Source: Squalus acanthias (Eukaryota). From it: a DNA stretch of 64,000 nucleotides. This document shows, piece after piece, positions 21,088-33,324 of this stretch (position 1 is the first letter of the stretch; the number at the start of each line of letters is the position of its first letter). The position numbers and the translations under genes are program-made. The stretch spans positions 930,001-994,000 of the forward strand of contig JASTWF010000093.1 in the NCBI GenBank assembly GCA_030390025.1, in the 5' to 3' direction. The notes beneath the pieces were generated by a model. That model was not told the origin of the DNA, did not search any database, and saw only the letters and a list, made by a program, of their open reading frames with translations.

Positions 21088-21333
21088 ACTTTGCTCTCCT
21101 CGACAGCTGTCAAAACAAGACAAGACGACCACCAGTGAAAATAATTTCTTTATCGGTTTCCACAGCTGCAAAAGACCCGCATCTTATGGAGGATTCCGCC
21201 GGCACTCGGGGCAGAGCTCGCTGATCGAAATCTAAACCCTCGGGGCTCCGCTCAAGTGGGCGTCGCCCGCAGCCCGCTCTCTTTCATAGTCCCTGCTGTT
21301 ACATCATTTACGGATTAGACAGTAAGAAAGCCC

Positions 21334-22204
21334 CAGACACTGCCCCGCGAGCCAGCGAATCAGAGACTGGTTAGAGCTTTTCCTCGGCAGTCCCGCCTCC
21401 CCAGGGCTGCCAGACCATGCCACAGACACCGCAGCAGCAGCAACAACCTAGTGGTTGCTGTTTTTAAGAGTTTATTTTTTACTGTGATGGAATGAGAAAC
21501 AGCCTTACAGTAATTTGTTAATCTATTTGTAAAATGTTATTATTGCATTTATATTGTTAATTATAAGGCTTTATTGTTATTGTGATCAATGAATGTAATG
21601 GTTTATTATGTAATTGATGAGTTGTATAAGTACTATTCTTGAATAAAAAGATTAACAAGAAAAAAAAACAACCTAGTGGTTAAAAGAAAAAAAACCTTTT
21701 CTTTTGAGAATTTCCCTCATCTGGAAGTGGAAATATTTCATTTTAACACAGCACATTTAAGTTGCACAACCCATAAAGACATTTGACTGTGCAACTAAAA
21801 TCATGTAAATTATCTTGGCAATTGGCTGCACTGAAATCAGTCAGGCATTACTAGTTAGTGTACAGTTATTGAAGTGCCATTGACTAAAGGCAAACTAATT
21901 GAAGATTCTTTTGCTTGTGGTTAAAATGTCATAGTGTACTGATCCTGTCAGCAAAAGTAACTGGTGTTTTGCTGCAGTGTAACTTAAATAGCCATAAAAA
22001 GTGTCTTTATGGAGGATATTCGTGGGAAACTACAAGGATATGAAGATGTTTACAGCTTTTTGTATTACCTGAAATAGTTATGGTTCCTCACTGCAACAGT
22101 TTGATAACCAGGATATATGTAATAAAATAACTGAATACACATCCACAAGACTTGCACCAAAATGTCAGACTTTCTGTGAAAGTGCTCTTTATACAAAACA
22201 TCAG
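21334..22204 (+). repeat. 871-bp direct duplication, copy 1 (flanks Tx1)
   Basis: Near-identical to 28953-29823 with a constant offset of 7619. Confidence 0.95.
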
Positions 22205-22811
22205 AAGAAGAAAAGAAGAGGGCCGGAAGATCCGAGGGGTGTGTGTGTGTGTGGCTTTTGAAAGAACTAGGCCGCACACACCACTAATTAAACACCCCTT
22301 CCCATTGCCTGACCTGGGCCAGCTGGAGCTGCCTAGGTGAAGTCCCCCAACTCAATTAACCTGATTGGGGCATCGTTAAGACCTGGTGCAGGACTGAGCC
22401 TGGGCATCTCCAGCTTTCCCAGGTGAAGACATCTTCTCCCCCCACCAGAAGACCACCGGAAAGGACTCTAATTTACATCGGAGAGTGCACCCCCTGCCAA
22501 CACCCACCCAACCACCATCCTGAGTGGCGACCCTGCCCTTGCGGCTTCCCTCCTTCCCACCCCCTCTCTCTCTCGCTTTGTCTCTTGTCTCTCTCTGCCT
22601 CTCTCTCTAAGAGGCACCTCATTAAACTTTTAATTAAGTACCCATTGAGCAGAGGGGAGAAGGCCCCTCTCCTAATTAATTCATATAAAGGGAGAGGTGT
22701 GCTTCAATTTAAGAGCTCCCTCTGCTCAGGGAAAAAAAAACAATACCAAGGCCATTAACACCTTCAGGCCTGTGACTTGGGGTGAGTGTAGCCCTTAAGG
22801 ACCAACCCATC

Positions 22812-24962
22812 ATGGCGACCACATCTTCGCCGGTGGCGGGGGCAGCGAGGACGTACGCAAGCGTGGCAGCCGCGGCCACGGCCGCAGCCACGGGTCCTCC
22901 TGTTACCCCGTCACCTTTTACCCTCCTCACGAGGAAGAATGGGGTCAAGAGCTACACTCACCCCAACATGACGATAGAGGCGTGCGTTAAAGCCATGGCT
23001 GGGGTTGTCGGCCCTTCAGCCATCGTCGCCGCCTCTAAAATGTACGGCAAGGCTGTGTTCTTTCTGGGGTCGGAGCGGGCGGTGTCCCTGGCCATCGAGA
23101 AGGGGCTCACCGTGGGCGGGACCTTCCTGCCGGTGGACCCCCTTGAGGCCACCGCGCAAAGGATCGTCATCTCTAACGTCCCGCCCTTTGTTCCGGGTGA
23201 GCTCCTCCTCCCCCAACTACGTCAACTGGGGGAGGTGAGGTCGGGGATCACACCCATCCCGCTCGGCTTCCGGAAAGCCAGCCTCCGGCACGTCTTCTCC
23301 TTCCGGCGCCAGCTTTTCGTCCGGCTGGCGCGGGAGGAGGACGCGGACGGCGCGTTCACGGTGCTCCACGGGGGGACCGCCCACCGCGTCTTCTGGACCT
23401 CGGACGGCGTGCGGTGCTACGCCTGTAAGGAGGTGGGGCACGTCCGGAAAAACTGCCCCGCCTCCAAGGCCGCCACGACACCTGGCGCGGCCAGGGCTGG
23501 CGCCGCCGCCCCCCCTCCCCCTGATACTGTCCGTGCGTCGAGGACAACGGATGCGCGGTCGACGTCGGGGGCCAACACCATCACGGCCTCCGGCGGGGGG
23601 GAGGGAGAGCGTCCGGGGGGAAGGAAGGCGCTGAGAAAAACTAAACACCTCAGGGCGGGTCCCCTCGTGGAGGAAACTACCGATTTGCCCGAACTCACGC
23701 CCGCGCTCATCGCGGAGTTGACGGGGACGCGTGAGACTGGGGGGGTCCTCGTGCCCGGGCCCGTGACCGAAACTGCCGAGGCAGAGCAATCAAGACCTGC
23801 GGCCGGGCTCGGGCCCGAGGGGCCCAAGGAACCCAGTCATCGGGAGGGGGCAGAGAGGGAGGCCCCGGCAGACATGGAGGCCTCTCCCTCCCTGGGCCCC
23901 AATATTTTAAAAAGGAGGCGCAACACCCAGGAGGAGGACTGCGAGGAGGAAGGTCCCTCCGCAGAAGGGGAGTCGTCACCCGCCGCGGGTGCTGCGCCCC
24001 ACCCCACCACCGTCATCGTCGCGCGTGATCGGCAGGGGTCGCCTGTCCCTCGGGAGGGTGAGGCAGCCGAGTCTGTCCGACCTGTGCCTCCCGGGGATGG
24101 GGAAGAGACCCTGCCCGTGGGTGGGGCCGCGGAACAACCCGCGGAAGAAAATAATATGGTGCCAGAACCGTTGCTCCTCGCCGGGTCGGGCGTCCTGGGG
24201 ACTGGGGCGGGCGAGGCCAAAGAGGCTGAAGCCGAGCCCGCCATTTACAACCCAGATATATCCCAGGGACTGCTCGACCTGGTGGAGGAGTACAACAATC
24301 CCCAGCCCGCTGGGTCGGAGGCTGGTGGCGGGGAGACAGAAAGCCCCCTGACTCCGTCTCTGATGTTGGCGCCGGACGTACTGGAGGACCTTGGAATTGT
24401 TTTTTCCCCGGTTTCTCCGGTCGCTCCGGCGCCTGAGGCGGAGGGGGGCCCCGAACCGCCGCCGCCTCCCGGCCCGGCGCCCCTGAAGGAGCCCAGGGTG
24501 GCCTCCTCTGCCACCGATCCTGGGGGTGGGATCGTGACGGAGGCGGGGCCGGCCGGTGCGGCCGAGCCGTTCGCTGCACCCCGTGCGACGGACGGGTTGG
24601 CCGCTGGTGACGACCTCCCGGAGGAGGACGGGGACTCGGTGTTGGGCACCGAGGATGATTTGGAGTCCATCGGCAGTGAGACGATGGACGCCCTCGTGCC
24701 CTTCACCGACTCTCCCCTCATCCCCGTAGGGGAACTCCGGGATTTTATGGCCATGCACCAGGGTCGTCACAAGAAGATCCGGCTGGCCCTCGACAAGTGG
24801 TCGGAGCTGGCGCTGCTCGTCCGGTCTGTCCGCGCCGCCGTTAAAATCATGGGCGCGGACAAGGACGTAAACCGGGCCGAGCTGCGTCGGCTCAAGGCGT
24901 TCCACGCTGGGCTGCTGAGGGAGTGGCGGTCGTCAGTGACCGCGCTCCCTCCCCCCCGTTAG
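22812..24962 (+). CDS. Tx1 ORF1 (RNA-binding/CCHC protein with a long acidic, Pro-rich tail)
   Basis: VVGPSAIVAASKMYGKAVFFL...ISNVPPF...RHVFSFRRQ...CYACKEVGHVRKNC, typical of Tx1 ORF1. Confidence 0.88.
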   Translation: MATTSSPVAGAARTYASVAAAATAAATGPPVTPSPFTLLTRKNGVKSYTHPNMTIEACVKAMAGVVGPSAIVAASKMYGKAVFFLGSERAVSLAIEKGLTVGGTFLPVDPLEATAQRIVISNVPPFVPGELLLPQLRQLGEVRSGITPIPLGFRKASLRHVFSFRRQLFVRLAREEDADGAFTVLHGGTAHRVFWTSDGVRCYACKEVGHVRKNCPASKAATTPGAARAGAAAPPPPDTVRASRTTDARSTSGANTITASGGGEGERPGGRKALRKTKHLRAGPLVEETTDLPELTPALIAELTGTRETGGVLVPGPVTETAEAEQSRPAAGLGPEGPKEPSHREGAEREAPADMEASPSLGPNILKRRRNTQEEDCEEEGPSAEGESSPAAGAAPHPTTVIVARDRQGSPVPREGEAAESVRPVPPGDGEETLPVGGAAEQPAEENNMVPEPLLLAGSGVLGTGAGEAKEAEAEPAIYNPDISQGLLDLVEEYNNPQPAGSEAGGGETESPLTPSLMLAPDVLEDLGIVFSPVSPVAPAPEAEGGPEPPPPPGPAPLKEPRVASSATDPGGGIVTEAGPAGAAEPFAAPRATDGLAAGDDLPEEDGDSVLGTEDDLESIGSETMDALVPFTDSPLIPVGELRDFMAMHQGRHKKIRLALDKWSELALLVRSVRAAVKIMGADKDVNRAELRRLKAFHAGLLREWRSSVTALPPPR

Positions 24963-24987
24963 GTAGAGGTTGCACTATGCTTCTGAG

Positions 24988-27900
24988 ATGAAGATAACCA
25001 TAGCCAGCCTCAACATCAACGGCAGCAGGGAGGCGCGCCGTAGATTCAATAACTTCTCGGTCCTTCGGGACGGGAAATATGCGGTGTGCTTCCTGCAAGA
25101 AACCCACACCGTTCCGGGAGACGAGGCCACGTGGCTCCTGGAGTGGCAAGGAGGGGTCAGCATGAGTCACCTCTCCAACAATTCCTGCGGGGTGGCCGTC
25201 TTGCTGGCCCCGCATTTTCAGCCGGAGATCTTGAGGGTCAAGGAGCACGTGCCGGGCCGCTTGCTCCAGGTCACTGTTTGCCTGGGAGGCGTGCCGCTCC
25301 ATTTGGTGAACGTGTACGTCCCCCAGACCGGTGCGCAGCAAGTGCGCTTCTTCGGAGAAGTGTCCGCTCTTCTGGGCTCCATCGACGTGGGCGAGTGCGT
25401 CATCCTCGGGGGGATTTCAATTGTACCCTCGAGGCGCGGGACCGGTCGGGTCCCCCGCGAAGCCCGGCGGCGATGGAGAAGTTGCGGGACCTGGTCGGGT
25501 CCTTCGACTTGGTGGACGTCTGGCGAAATCTCCATCCCGACTCCAGCGCCTTCACTTGGGTGGGGTCTGGAGGAGGAAGGTCCAGAATCGACCGCCTTTA
25601 CATTTCCCGGGCGTACGTCTCCTGCGTTCCGGCGGCTTCCATGCGGTCGGTGCCGTGCACAGACCACCACCTGGTGTGGGCGGAGCTCGCTCCGCTGCGC
25701 GCGCTGGGGGGGCTCCGCGTACTGGCATTTTAACAACCTGCTGCTGGAGGACGCGCGGTTCTGGGATTCGTTTCGCCGGTTCTGGGCCGACTGGAGAAGG
25801 AAGCGGGGAGGCTTCCCCTCCTTGAGGCTATGGTGGGACGTGGGCAAGGCTCACGTCCGCGTCTTCTGTCAGGAGTACGCGAAGGGGTCGACCAAGAGGC
25901 GGGAGGCCCGGGTCGGGCGATTGGAGAAAGAAGTGCTCGACCTGGAGTCCCGTCTCGGTCAAGTCGTCGAAGACCCGGCTCTGCGGAAGGTGTACAAAGA
26001 GAAGAAGGGCGCGCTGAAGGACCTGCAGTTGGTCGGGTCCCGAGGCGCGTACGTGAGGTCGCGGATCCAGTTCCTGCGGGACCTGGACCGCGGCTCCCCC
26101 TTCTTCTACTCGCTGGAAAAAAGACGGGGGGTCCGTAAGCAGCTCTTGGGGCTGCTGGCCGACGACGGATCTCTGGTCTCGGATCCGGAGGGCATCAGCG
26201 CGGAGGCCCGGGCCTATTACGGGGCTCTGTTCTCTTCGGATCCGTCCAGCGAGGATGCGCGCAGAGTTTTGTGGGAGGACCTGCCGAAGGTCGGCCCGGA
26301 GGGCGCCAAGAATTTAGAAGCTCCGCTAAGCCTGGCGGAGCTGACCGGCGCCCTGCGCCAGCTCTCGAGGGGCAAGTCCCCGGGGCTGGACGGGCTGACC
26401 GTGGAGTTCCACAGGGCGTTCTGGGACGTCTTGGGGGACGACTACGCGCGGGTCCTGGGGGAAAGTCTGGTGACCGGGGAGATGCCCCTCTCTTGGCGCA
26501 GGGCGGTCATTGTCCTGCTGCCCAAGAAGGGCGATATCTGCCGCCTTAAGAACTGGCGCCCGGTCTCCCTCCTCAGCACGGACTACAACATTTTCGCCAG
26601 GGCTATGTCTGCTCGCCTTGGCACCGTGCTGGCCCACATGATCCACCCCGACCAGTCCTACACGGTCCCGGGCCGGTCCATCCACGACAACATCCACCTG
26701 GTCCGGGACCTGGTCCACCATTCCCAGAGGGCTGGTCTGTCGGTCGCCTTCCTTTCCCTGGATCAGGAGAAGGCGTTCGACAGGGTGGATCACGAGTATC
26801 TTTTCGGGACTCTGCGCGCATTCGGGTTCGGGAAGCATTTCGTCGCCCGGATCCGACTTCTGTACGCCGCCGCGGAGTGTCTGATTAAAGTTAACGGGTC
26901 TTTGACGGCGCCCCTTCGCTTCGGGAGGGGGGTGCGTCAGGGATGCCCCATGTCCGGTCAGTTATACGCCGTTTGCGTGGAGCCTTTCCTGCGCCTCTTG
27001 CGGAAGAGGTTGACGGGACTGGCTCTGCAAGGGCCGGGCGTGGAGGTGGTCCTCTCGGCTTACGCCGATGACGTGCTCCTCGCGGTCACAGATCCCGTCG
27101 ACTTGCAGAGGATGCGGGATTGCCAGCAGATTTACTCGGACGCATCCTCCGCCAAGATCAACTGGGAGAAATGTTCTGGACTCCTGGTGGGCCCATGGCA
27201 GGTGGACTCCCTGCCGGAGGAGTTCAGGCCCTTCGCCTGGAGCACAACGCACCTCCTCTACCTGGGAGTCTACCTTAGCCCGGCCGAGGTCGCCTGGCCG
27301 GCGAACTGGCAAGAGCTGGAGGCCAAAGTCACCGCTCGCCTAGGGCGCTGGACGGGACTGCTCCGAGTGTTGTCCTACAGGGGTCGAGCGCTGGTCATAA
27401 ACCAGCTGGTGGCCGCCATGTTGTGGTACCGGTTGGTCACTTTGATCCCTCCCCCTGCGTTTGTCGCCAAGATGCAGAAGAAGCTCGTCGGCTTCTTCTG
27501 GGACAAAAGGAATCACTGGGTCTCTGCCGCGGTTCTGAGTCTCCCGCTTAGGGAGGGCGGTCAGGCGCTGGTGTGCCTTCGCACCCAGGCGGCGACATTC
27601 CGTCTTCAGACGCTGCAGAGATACCTGTACGTGGAGAATCCTCCTAGGTGGCGTGCACTGGCGACGTATTTCTTCCGCCAGCTGTACGGCCTCAATTACG
27701 ACACGCAGCTCCTGTTTGTGAGAGTGGGCGGCACGCGTGCCAGCCTGCGGGAGCTGCCTGTCTTCTACCAGGAACTGCTATGGGTTTGGAACAGAGTCGC
27801 CTCCAGGCGCAGTTCTCCCCCGTCAGGAGCGGCGGCCGTCCTTCCGGAGCCGCTGCTCAGGAATCCGCACCTCCTCGACCGCGGGTTCGGTAGGCTGGCG

Positions 27901-28887
27901 GAGGGCAGGGCTGTACCCGATAAGGTGACTAGAGTCGGGGACCTGCTCGATGGCGGAGGAGCGGGCTGGATGGCGCCGGAGGAGTTGGCGAGGCGCATGT
28001 CCTGGGTCAACGTCCGGCTCGCGGTCAATGCCATCGAGTCGCTAAAAGTGGCATTGGGCCCCGACTCCACTAGGTGTGTCGAGGAGGCTCAGGCACGTGG
28101 GGCGATCCCGTCCGAGCTGACCCCCATTCGGACGGAATTCCTTATCGGCGCCCGGCCCCGAATCCTCCCTCGGGAGCCGCCGCCTCACCACTTGAGCCTT
28201 CTCGGAGAAATGCCCTCCGTGCCCTTTCAACCCGCACGGAGGCGTTTCCTGTACGGGCTGCTCCTGCACACTTTCCACTTTGCCATCTTCGTCTGCCGTC
28301 CGGACACGCCTTGACGTACCATCTTGCCGTCCGGCAGAGGCGAAGGTCCCCAATGGAGGGCTCTCTACGCGGGAGTCTTCCCTTGTTCTATTGGGGACTT
28401 GGCCTGGAGGGTGTTGCACGGAGCAGTCCCGTGCAATAGGTTATTAAGTAGGTTTACGGACTCCCAGGCCGCTTGCCATTTCTGCGGCCTGGAGGAGTCC
28501 GTATTTCACGTATATATAGAGTGTGAGAGGTTGCAGCCCCTCTTTCATTACCTGAAGGGGCTGCTCCTCAATTTCTGGTTGCACTTCAGCCCCACGCTCC
28601 TGATCTACGGTCACCCGTTGCGGAGGGGAGCGGGCAGGTCGGAGGACCTCCTCGTGGGACTGCTCCTGGGCCTGGCTAAGAAAGCCATTAATTGGTCCAG
28701 GCAGCGGGCGGTCGAGGAGGTCGTTCGGCCCGATTGCCTGCCTCTCATCCGCGGCCATGTTTGCGCCCGGGTGGCCCTGGAGATGGAGCACGCGGTGTCC
28801 GCCGGCACGCTTGAGTTTTTCCGCGACCGGTGGGCGCCACGGGGGCTGGAGTGCATCGTCACCCCGGACTACCAAATTTTAATTTGA
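24988..28887 (+). pseudogene. Tx1 ORF2 (APE-RT-ZnF) with two compensating frameshifts and one nonsense codon
   Basis: SLNING, FLQETH, GDFN...SRID...DH (in the shifted frame ~25410-25710), KSPGLDG, NWRPVSLL, LDQEKAFDRV, GVRQGCPMS, YADD. TGA at 28312; CHFC...H...C after it. Confidence 0.9.
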
Positions 28888-28952
28888 TTTGTTAAGTTTC
28901 CTTTAAAGTTTTATTTTAGTTACAGTTACGTTATTGGTTTGATCAAAATAGT

Positions 28953-29823
28953 CAGACACCGCCCCGCGAGCCAGCGAATCAGAGACTGATTAGAGCTTTT
29001 CCTCGGCAGTCCCGCCTCCCCAGGGCTGCCAGACCATGCCACAGACACCGCAGCAGCAGCAACAACCTAGTGGTTGCTGTTTTTAAGAGTTTATTTTTTA
29101 CTGTGATGGAATGAGAAACAGCCTTACAGTAATTTGTTAATCTATTTGTAAAATGTTATTATTGCATTTATATTGTTAATTATAAGGCTTTATTGTTATT
29201 GTGATCAATGAATGTAATGGTTTATTATGTAATTGATGAGTTGTATAAGTACTATTCTTGAATAAAAAGATTAACAAGAAAAAAAAACAACCTAGTGGTT
29301 AAAAGAAAAAAAACCTTTTCTTTTGAGAATTTCCCTCATCTGGAAGTGGAAATATTTCATTTTAACACAGCACATTTAAGTTGCACAACCCATAAAGACA
29401 TTTGACTGTGCAACTAAAATCATGTAAATTATCTTGGCAATTGGCTGCACTGAAATCAGTCAGGCATTACTAGTTAGTGTACAGTTATTGAAGTGCCATT
29501 GACTAAAGGCAAACTAATTGAAGATTCTTTTGCTTGTGGTTAAAATGTCATAGTGTACTGATCCTGTCAGCAAAAGTAACTGGTGTTTTGCTGCAGTGTA
29601 ACTTAAATAGCCATAAAAAGTGTCTTTATGGAGGATATTTGTGGGAAACTACAAGGATATGAAGATGTTTACAGCTTTTTGTATTACCTGAAATAGTTAT
29701 GGTTCCTCACTGCAACAGTTTGATAACCAGGATATATGTAATAAAATAACTGAATGCACATCCACAAGACTTGCACCAAAATGTCAGACTTTCTCTGAAA
29801 GTGCTCTTTATACAAAACATCAG
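28953..29823 (+). repeat. 871-bp direct duplication, copy 2
   Basis: Near-identical to 21334-22204. Confidence 0.95.
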
Positions 29824-32800
29824 CAGCATCAACTTGCATTTATACACCGCCTTAAATGTCGTAAAACGTCCCAAGGTGCTTCACAGGAGCGTTATGAGAC
29901 AAAAAATTGACACCGAGCCACATGAGGAGAAATTAGGGCAGGTGACCAAAAGCTTGGTCAAAGAGGTAGGTTTTAAAGAAAGAAAAACTTGCATTTATAT
30001 CGCACCTTTCACAACCACCAGACATCCCAAAGCGCTTTACAGCCAATGAAGTACTTTTTGAAGTGGAGTCACTGTGGCAATGTGGGAAAAGCGGCAGCCA
30101 ATTTGCACACAGCAAGCTCCCACAAACAGCAATGTGAAAATGAACAGATAATCTGTTTTTTTTTTAAAGTGATGCCGGTCGAGGGATATATATTTGCCCA
30201 GGACACCAGGGAGAACTCCACAACCTTCTTCGAAATATTGCCATGGGATCTTTTACATCCACAGGAGAAAGCAGACGGGACCTCAGTTTAACGTCTCACG
30301 CAAAAGACAGCACCTCCAACAGTGCAGCACTCCCTCAGCACTGCACTGGAGCGTCAGCCTAGATTTATGTGCTCAAGTCCCTGGAATGGGACTATGAACC
30401 CACAACCTTCTGACTCAGAGGTGAGTGTGCTGCCCACTGAGCCACAGCTGACACTCTCTTTAACAAGTGTCTTAAAGGAGGAAAGAGAGGTGGAGAGGCA
30501 GGGAGGTTTTTGGGAGGGAATTCCAGAGCTTAGGACCTCGGGAACAGAAGGCACGGCCACCAATGGTGGAGCGATTATAATCAGGGATGCTCAAGAGAGC
30601 AGAATTAGAAGAGCGCAGATATCTTGAGTGATTGTGGGGCTGAAGGAGATTACAGAGATAGGGAGGGGCGAAGCCATGGAGGGATTTGAAATCAAGGATG
30701 AGAATTTTGAAATTGAAACGTTGCTTAACCGGGAGCCAATGTAGGTCAGCGATGTAGGAAGAGGGCGAAGAGGCAACACTTTGGGATGGAGAAATGTGAA
30801 GGACGAAGCAATCAGGCGAGACGGAAGTTGGAGTCGGAGAGAGAGGGAGGAGTTGACGGTTAGTGTTGGGAGGAGGTGCCAGGAAGCAGCATTAGGGACC
30901 AGGTGGATTTTGGGGTTGGGGGAGAGGTGGTAGGAGGTGCCAGTCAGGCAGCAGAAAAACAATTTAAAAAATACAACTTCCTGGGAGGGAGAGAGCAACT
31001 TCCGAACGGACCTGAGTGACTCAGTTCAGAGGACGACTTTGGGAGTGAGACACATGGCAAGAATCAGCCAGCCTGTCGGCGGGAAAGAGAAAAATATGAT
31101 TTAAAAAAAGCAAGTTTAACTGTGACAGAAAGTCATTACAGACAGGACAGAAATGGAAAAAATAGAAAAAGAAAGACTCGCATTTCTACAGCGCCATTCA
31201 TGACCACCTAACGTCCCAAAGCACTTTACAGCCAATGAAGTACTTTTTGAAGTGTAGTCACTGTTGTAGTGTGGGAAACGCGGCAGCCAATTTGCACACA
31301 GCAAGCTCCCACAAACAGCAATGTGATAATGACAAGATAATCTGTTTTTTAGTGATGTTGATTGAGGGATAAACATTTGCCAAGACACCGGGGATAACTC
31401 CCTTGCTCTTCTTCGAAATAGTGCCGTTGGATCTTTTACATCCACCTGAGAGAGCAGACGGGGTCTCGGTTTAACGTCTCATCCGAAAGTGACAGGAAAA
31501 TGTCCTGCGAAGTCAATGTTACATTTACAAGAAACATGTCACATGACTTTTAGTAAGCTCAGGATCAAAAAGAGTGAGACCACTTGTAAACCCAATTAAA
31601 CTTGTGGGGCTGTCTCTATTCTTAAGAATGAGATGAAGTAGAGTCTGTATTTGAAAGCGGTGAAACATGAGATAGAAATGGAATGCATTCCAGGGAGCAG
31701 CAGATTGCACAACATAAGACATTTGTATCACGATCATCGTAAACCCCGCCTTTGGTGTTTGTTGGTTTTCTTTGATTTTGTATAACCCACTGGCCTTTGA
31801 AATGTAATATAGACGTATACCGATTGTTGATTCTCACTCAGTACTTGCAGTGTTTAATCCTTCAGGGAAGAAACTCTCAGCAATGCAGTGTGGAGGGTAC
31901 ATCAGTGTTTTCATCTGTTGGCAAAGAAGTGGACGCTCAAAGAAATAAAAGCACCCCCTTGAAGTCTGCAGTTCAAATATCACAAAACATACTGGTACAT
32001 AGGAACGATTTGAAGGCTGCAATGTCATCTCAGAGTTATACACCACTCAAGCTTCACTCTGGTAGTTTATGACATCATCTGAACCCCTCTATGAGTTTAC
32101 TGCCATGTAATTACTTCCAGCTCTCCACTACCTAACATGTGCTGGACACAGGACCTCCCCAGTGCCTCAGTCTCCAAGCACTTTTTGTAGCGCTGAGCTG
32201 TGCAAATTAAAGAAGCCCCCAGGGTTGATAGTTTTGAGGTTCTTGCTGAAACAGTCAACAGGAATGGATGCAACTGACCTCAGCTTCCTGGGCAATCGGA
32301 GCAAAAGAGAAACATCCGAGATTCCCATTCCTGATCCCTCCTGCAGTGCAGATGCCCGATAAGGGTAGCGTTGGGCTTACCCCACAGTCGAATAGTTTAC
32401 CGGCAGTCGCTGCACAAAAAGAATAGGCACTTGGACAACAACAACCTGCATTTCTGTAGTGCCCCTCACATACAGGGTCGGCCGTGGCTCAGTGGGTAGC
32501 ACTCTTGTGTCTGGGTCAGAAGGTTGTGGGTTCCAAGTCCCTCTCCGAGACTTGAGCACAAAAAATTCGGCTGATGCTTTGATGCTGCACTGACACTGCC
32601 TTCATTTGGAAACCTTTTTAGCTGATTGCTTGTGCGCGCTCCCTCCCTCTTTCCCTCTCGCTCTCTCACGCGCTCGCTCTCTTTCCTCGGCTCATTTCCT
32701 TGTAGCACGTTCTGCTGCTGGGTCGGCCTGCTGGCCAAATTGGGGCCACGCGGGCGGCTTTTATCAATGTGCAGAAAGGCCCACATCTTGTTCTGGTCTG

Positions 32801-33324
32801 AATTGGGCAAAGGCGGCTTGAATTGGGTTGTGGGCTTGAGCCTGTTTTAAGCAGCCGGGCCTGGGAGAGGAGAAAAAGCTGCTCCCTAATTGTGTGTATT
32901 TTGAGGCAGGAAGGAGCAGCGTTTTTACAGCAGTGAGTGAGTGGGTGAGCGAGGTAAGGAAGGGTGGAGCTAATGGAGTTTTGAAGGTTGAGGCAAGGGG
33001 AAGGCAATGAAGGGTAGGGCTTGTAGTTTGTGTGTGTGGGGAAGCCTGAGGATCAAGAGAGCAAGGTGGGGAAGGTGGGAAAGAAATATAAAAGGAAACA
33101 CAAGCTAGACAACAGGAATGCAAGCCTTTCGGTAAAGGGAAAGCCAATCAGCAGATGCCTACCCTACTACTCTGAAAACGCCCGATCGTGCCATGAAGGA
33201 ATGCTCTGTTTTATAAGGGTAGAAGAATAAATCTGAAAGAGTATTTTAAATATAGACTAAAAGAGCATTATGAGGCTTTGTGGTTCCATTATTCTGAAAG
33301 GAATTTAAGGATGGTATTTCTTAA

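Larger units (their letters stand above)
22205..28952 (+). mobile_element. Near full-length Tx1-clade non-LTR retrotransposon
   Basis: GC-rich two-ORF element; ORF1 has a CCHC knuckle; ORF2 has APE endonuclease, RT (YADD) and a C-terminal Zn finger. Confidence 0.92.
230..33296. repeat. Left arm of a large inverted segmental duplication (interrupted by arm-specific insertions)
   Basis: 230-360 is the reverse complement of ~50580-50707. Collinear inverted homology continues through the B7-like gene to ~21330/~40030. The inner block 29830-33296 is the reverse complement of 35935-39125. Confidence 0.95.
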
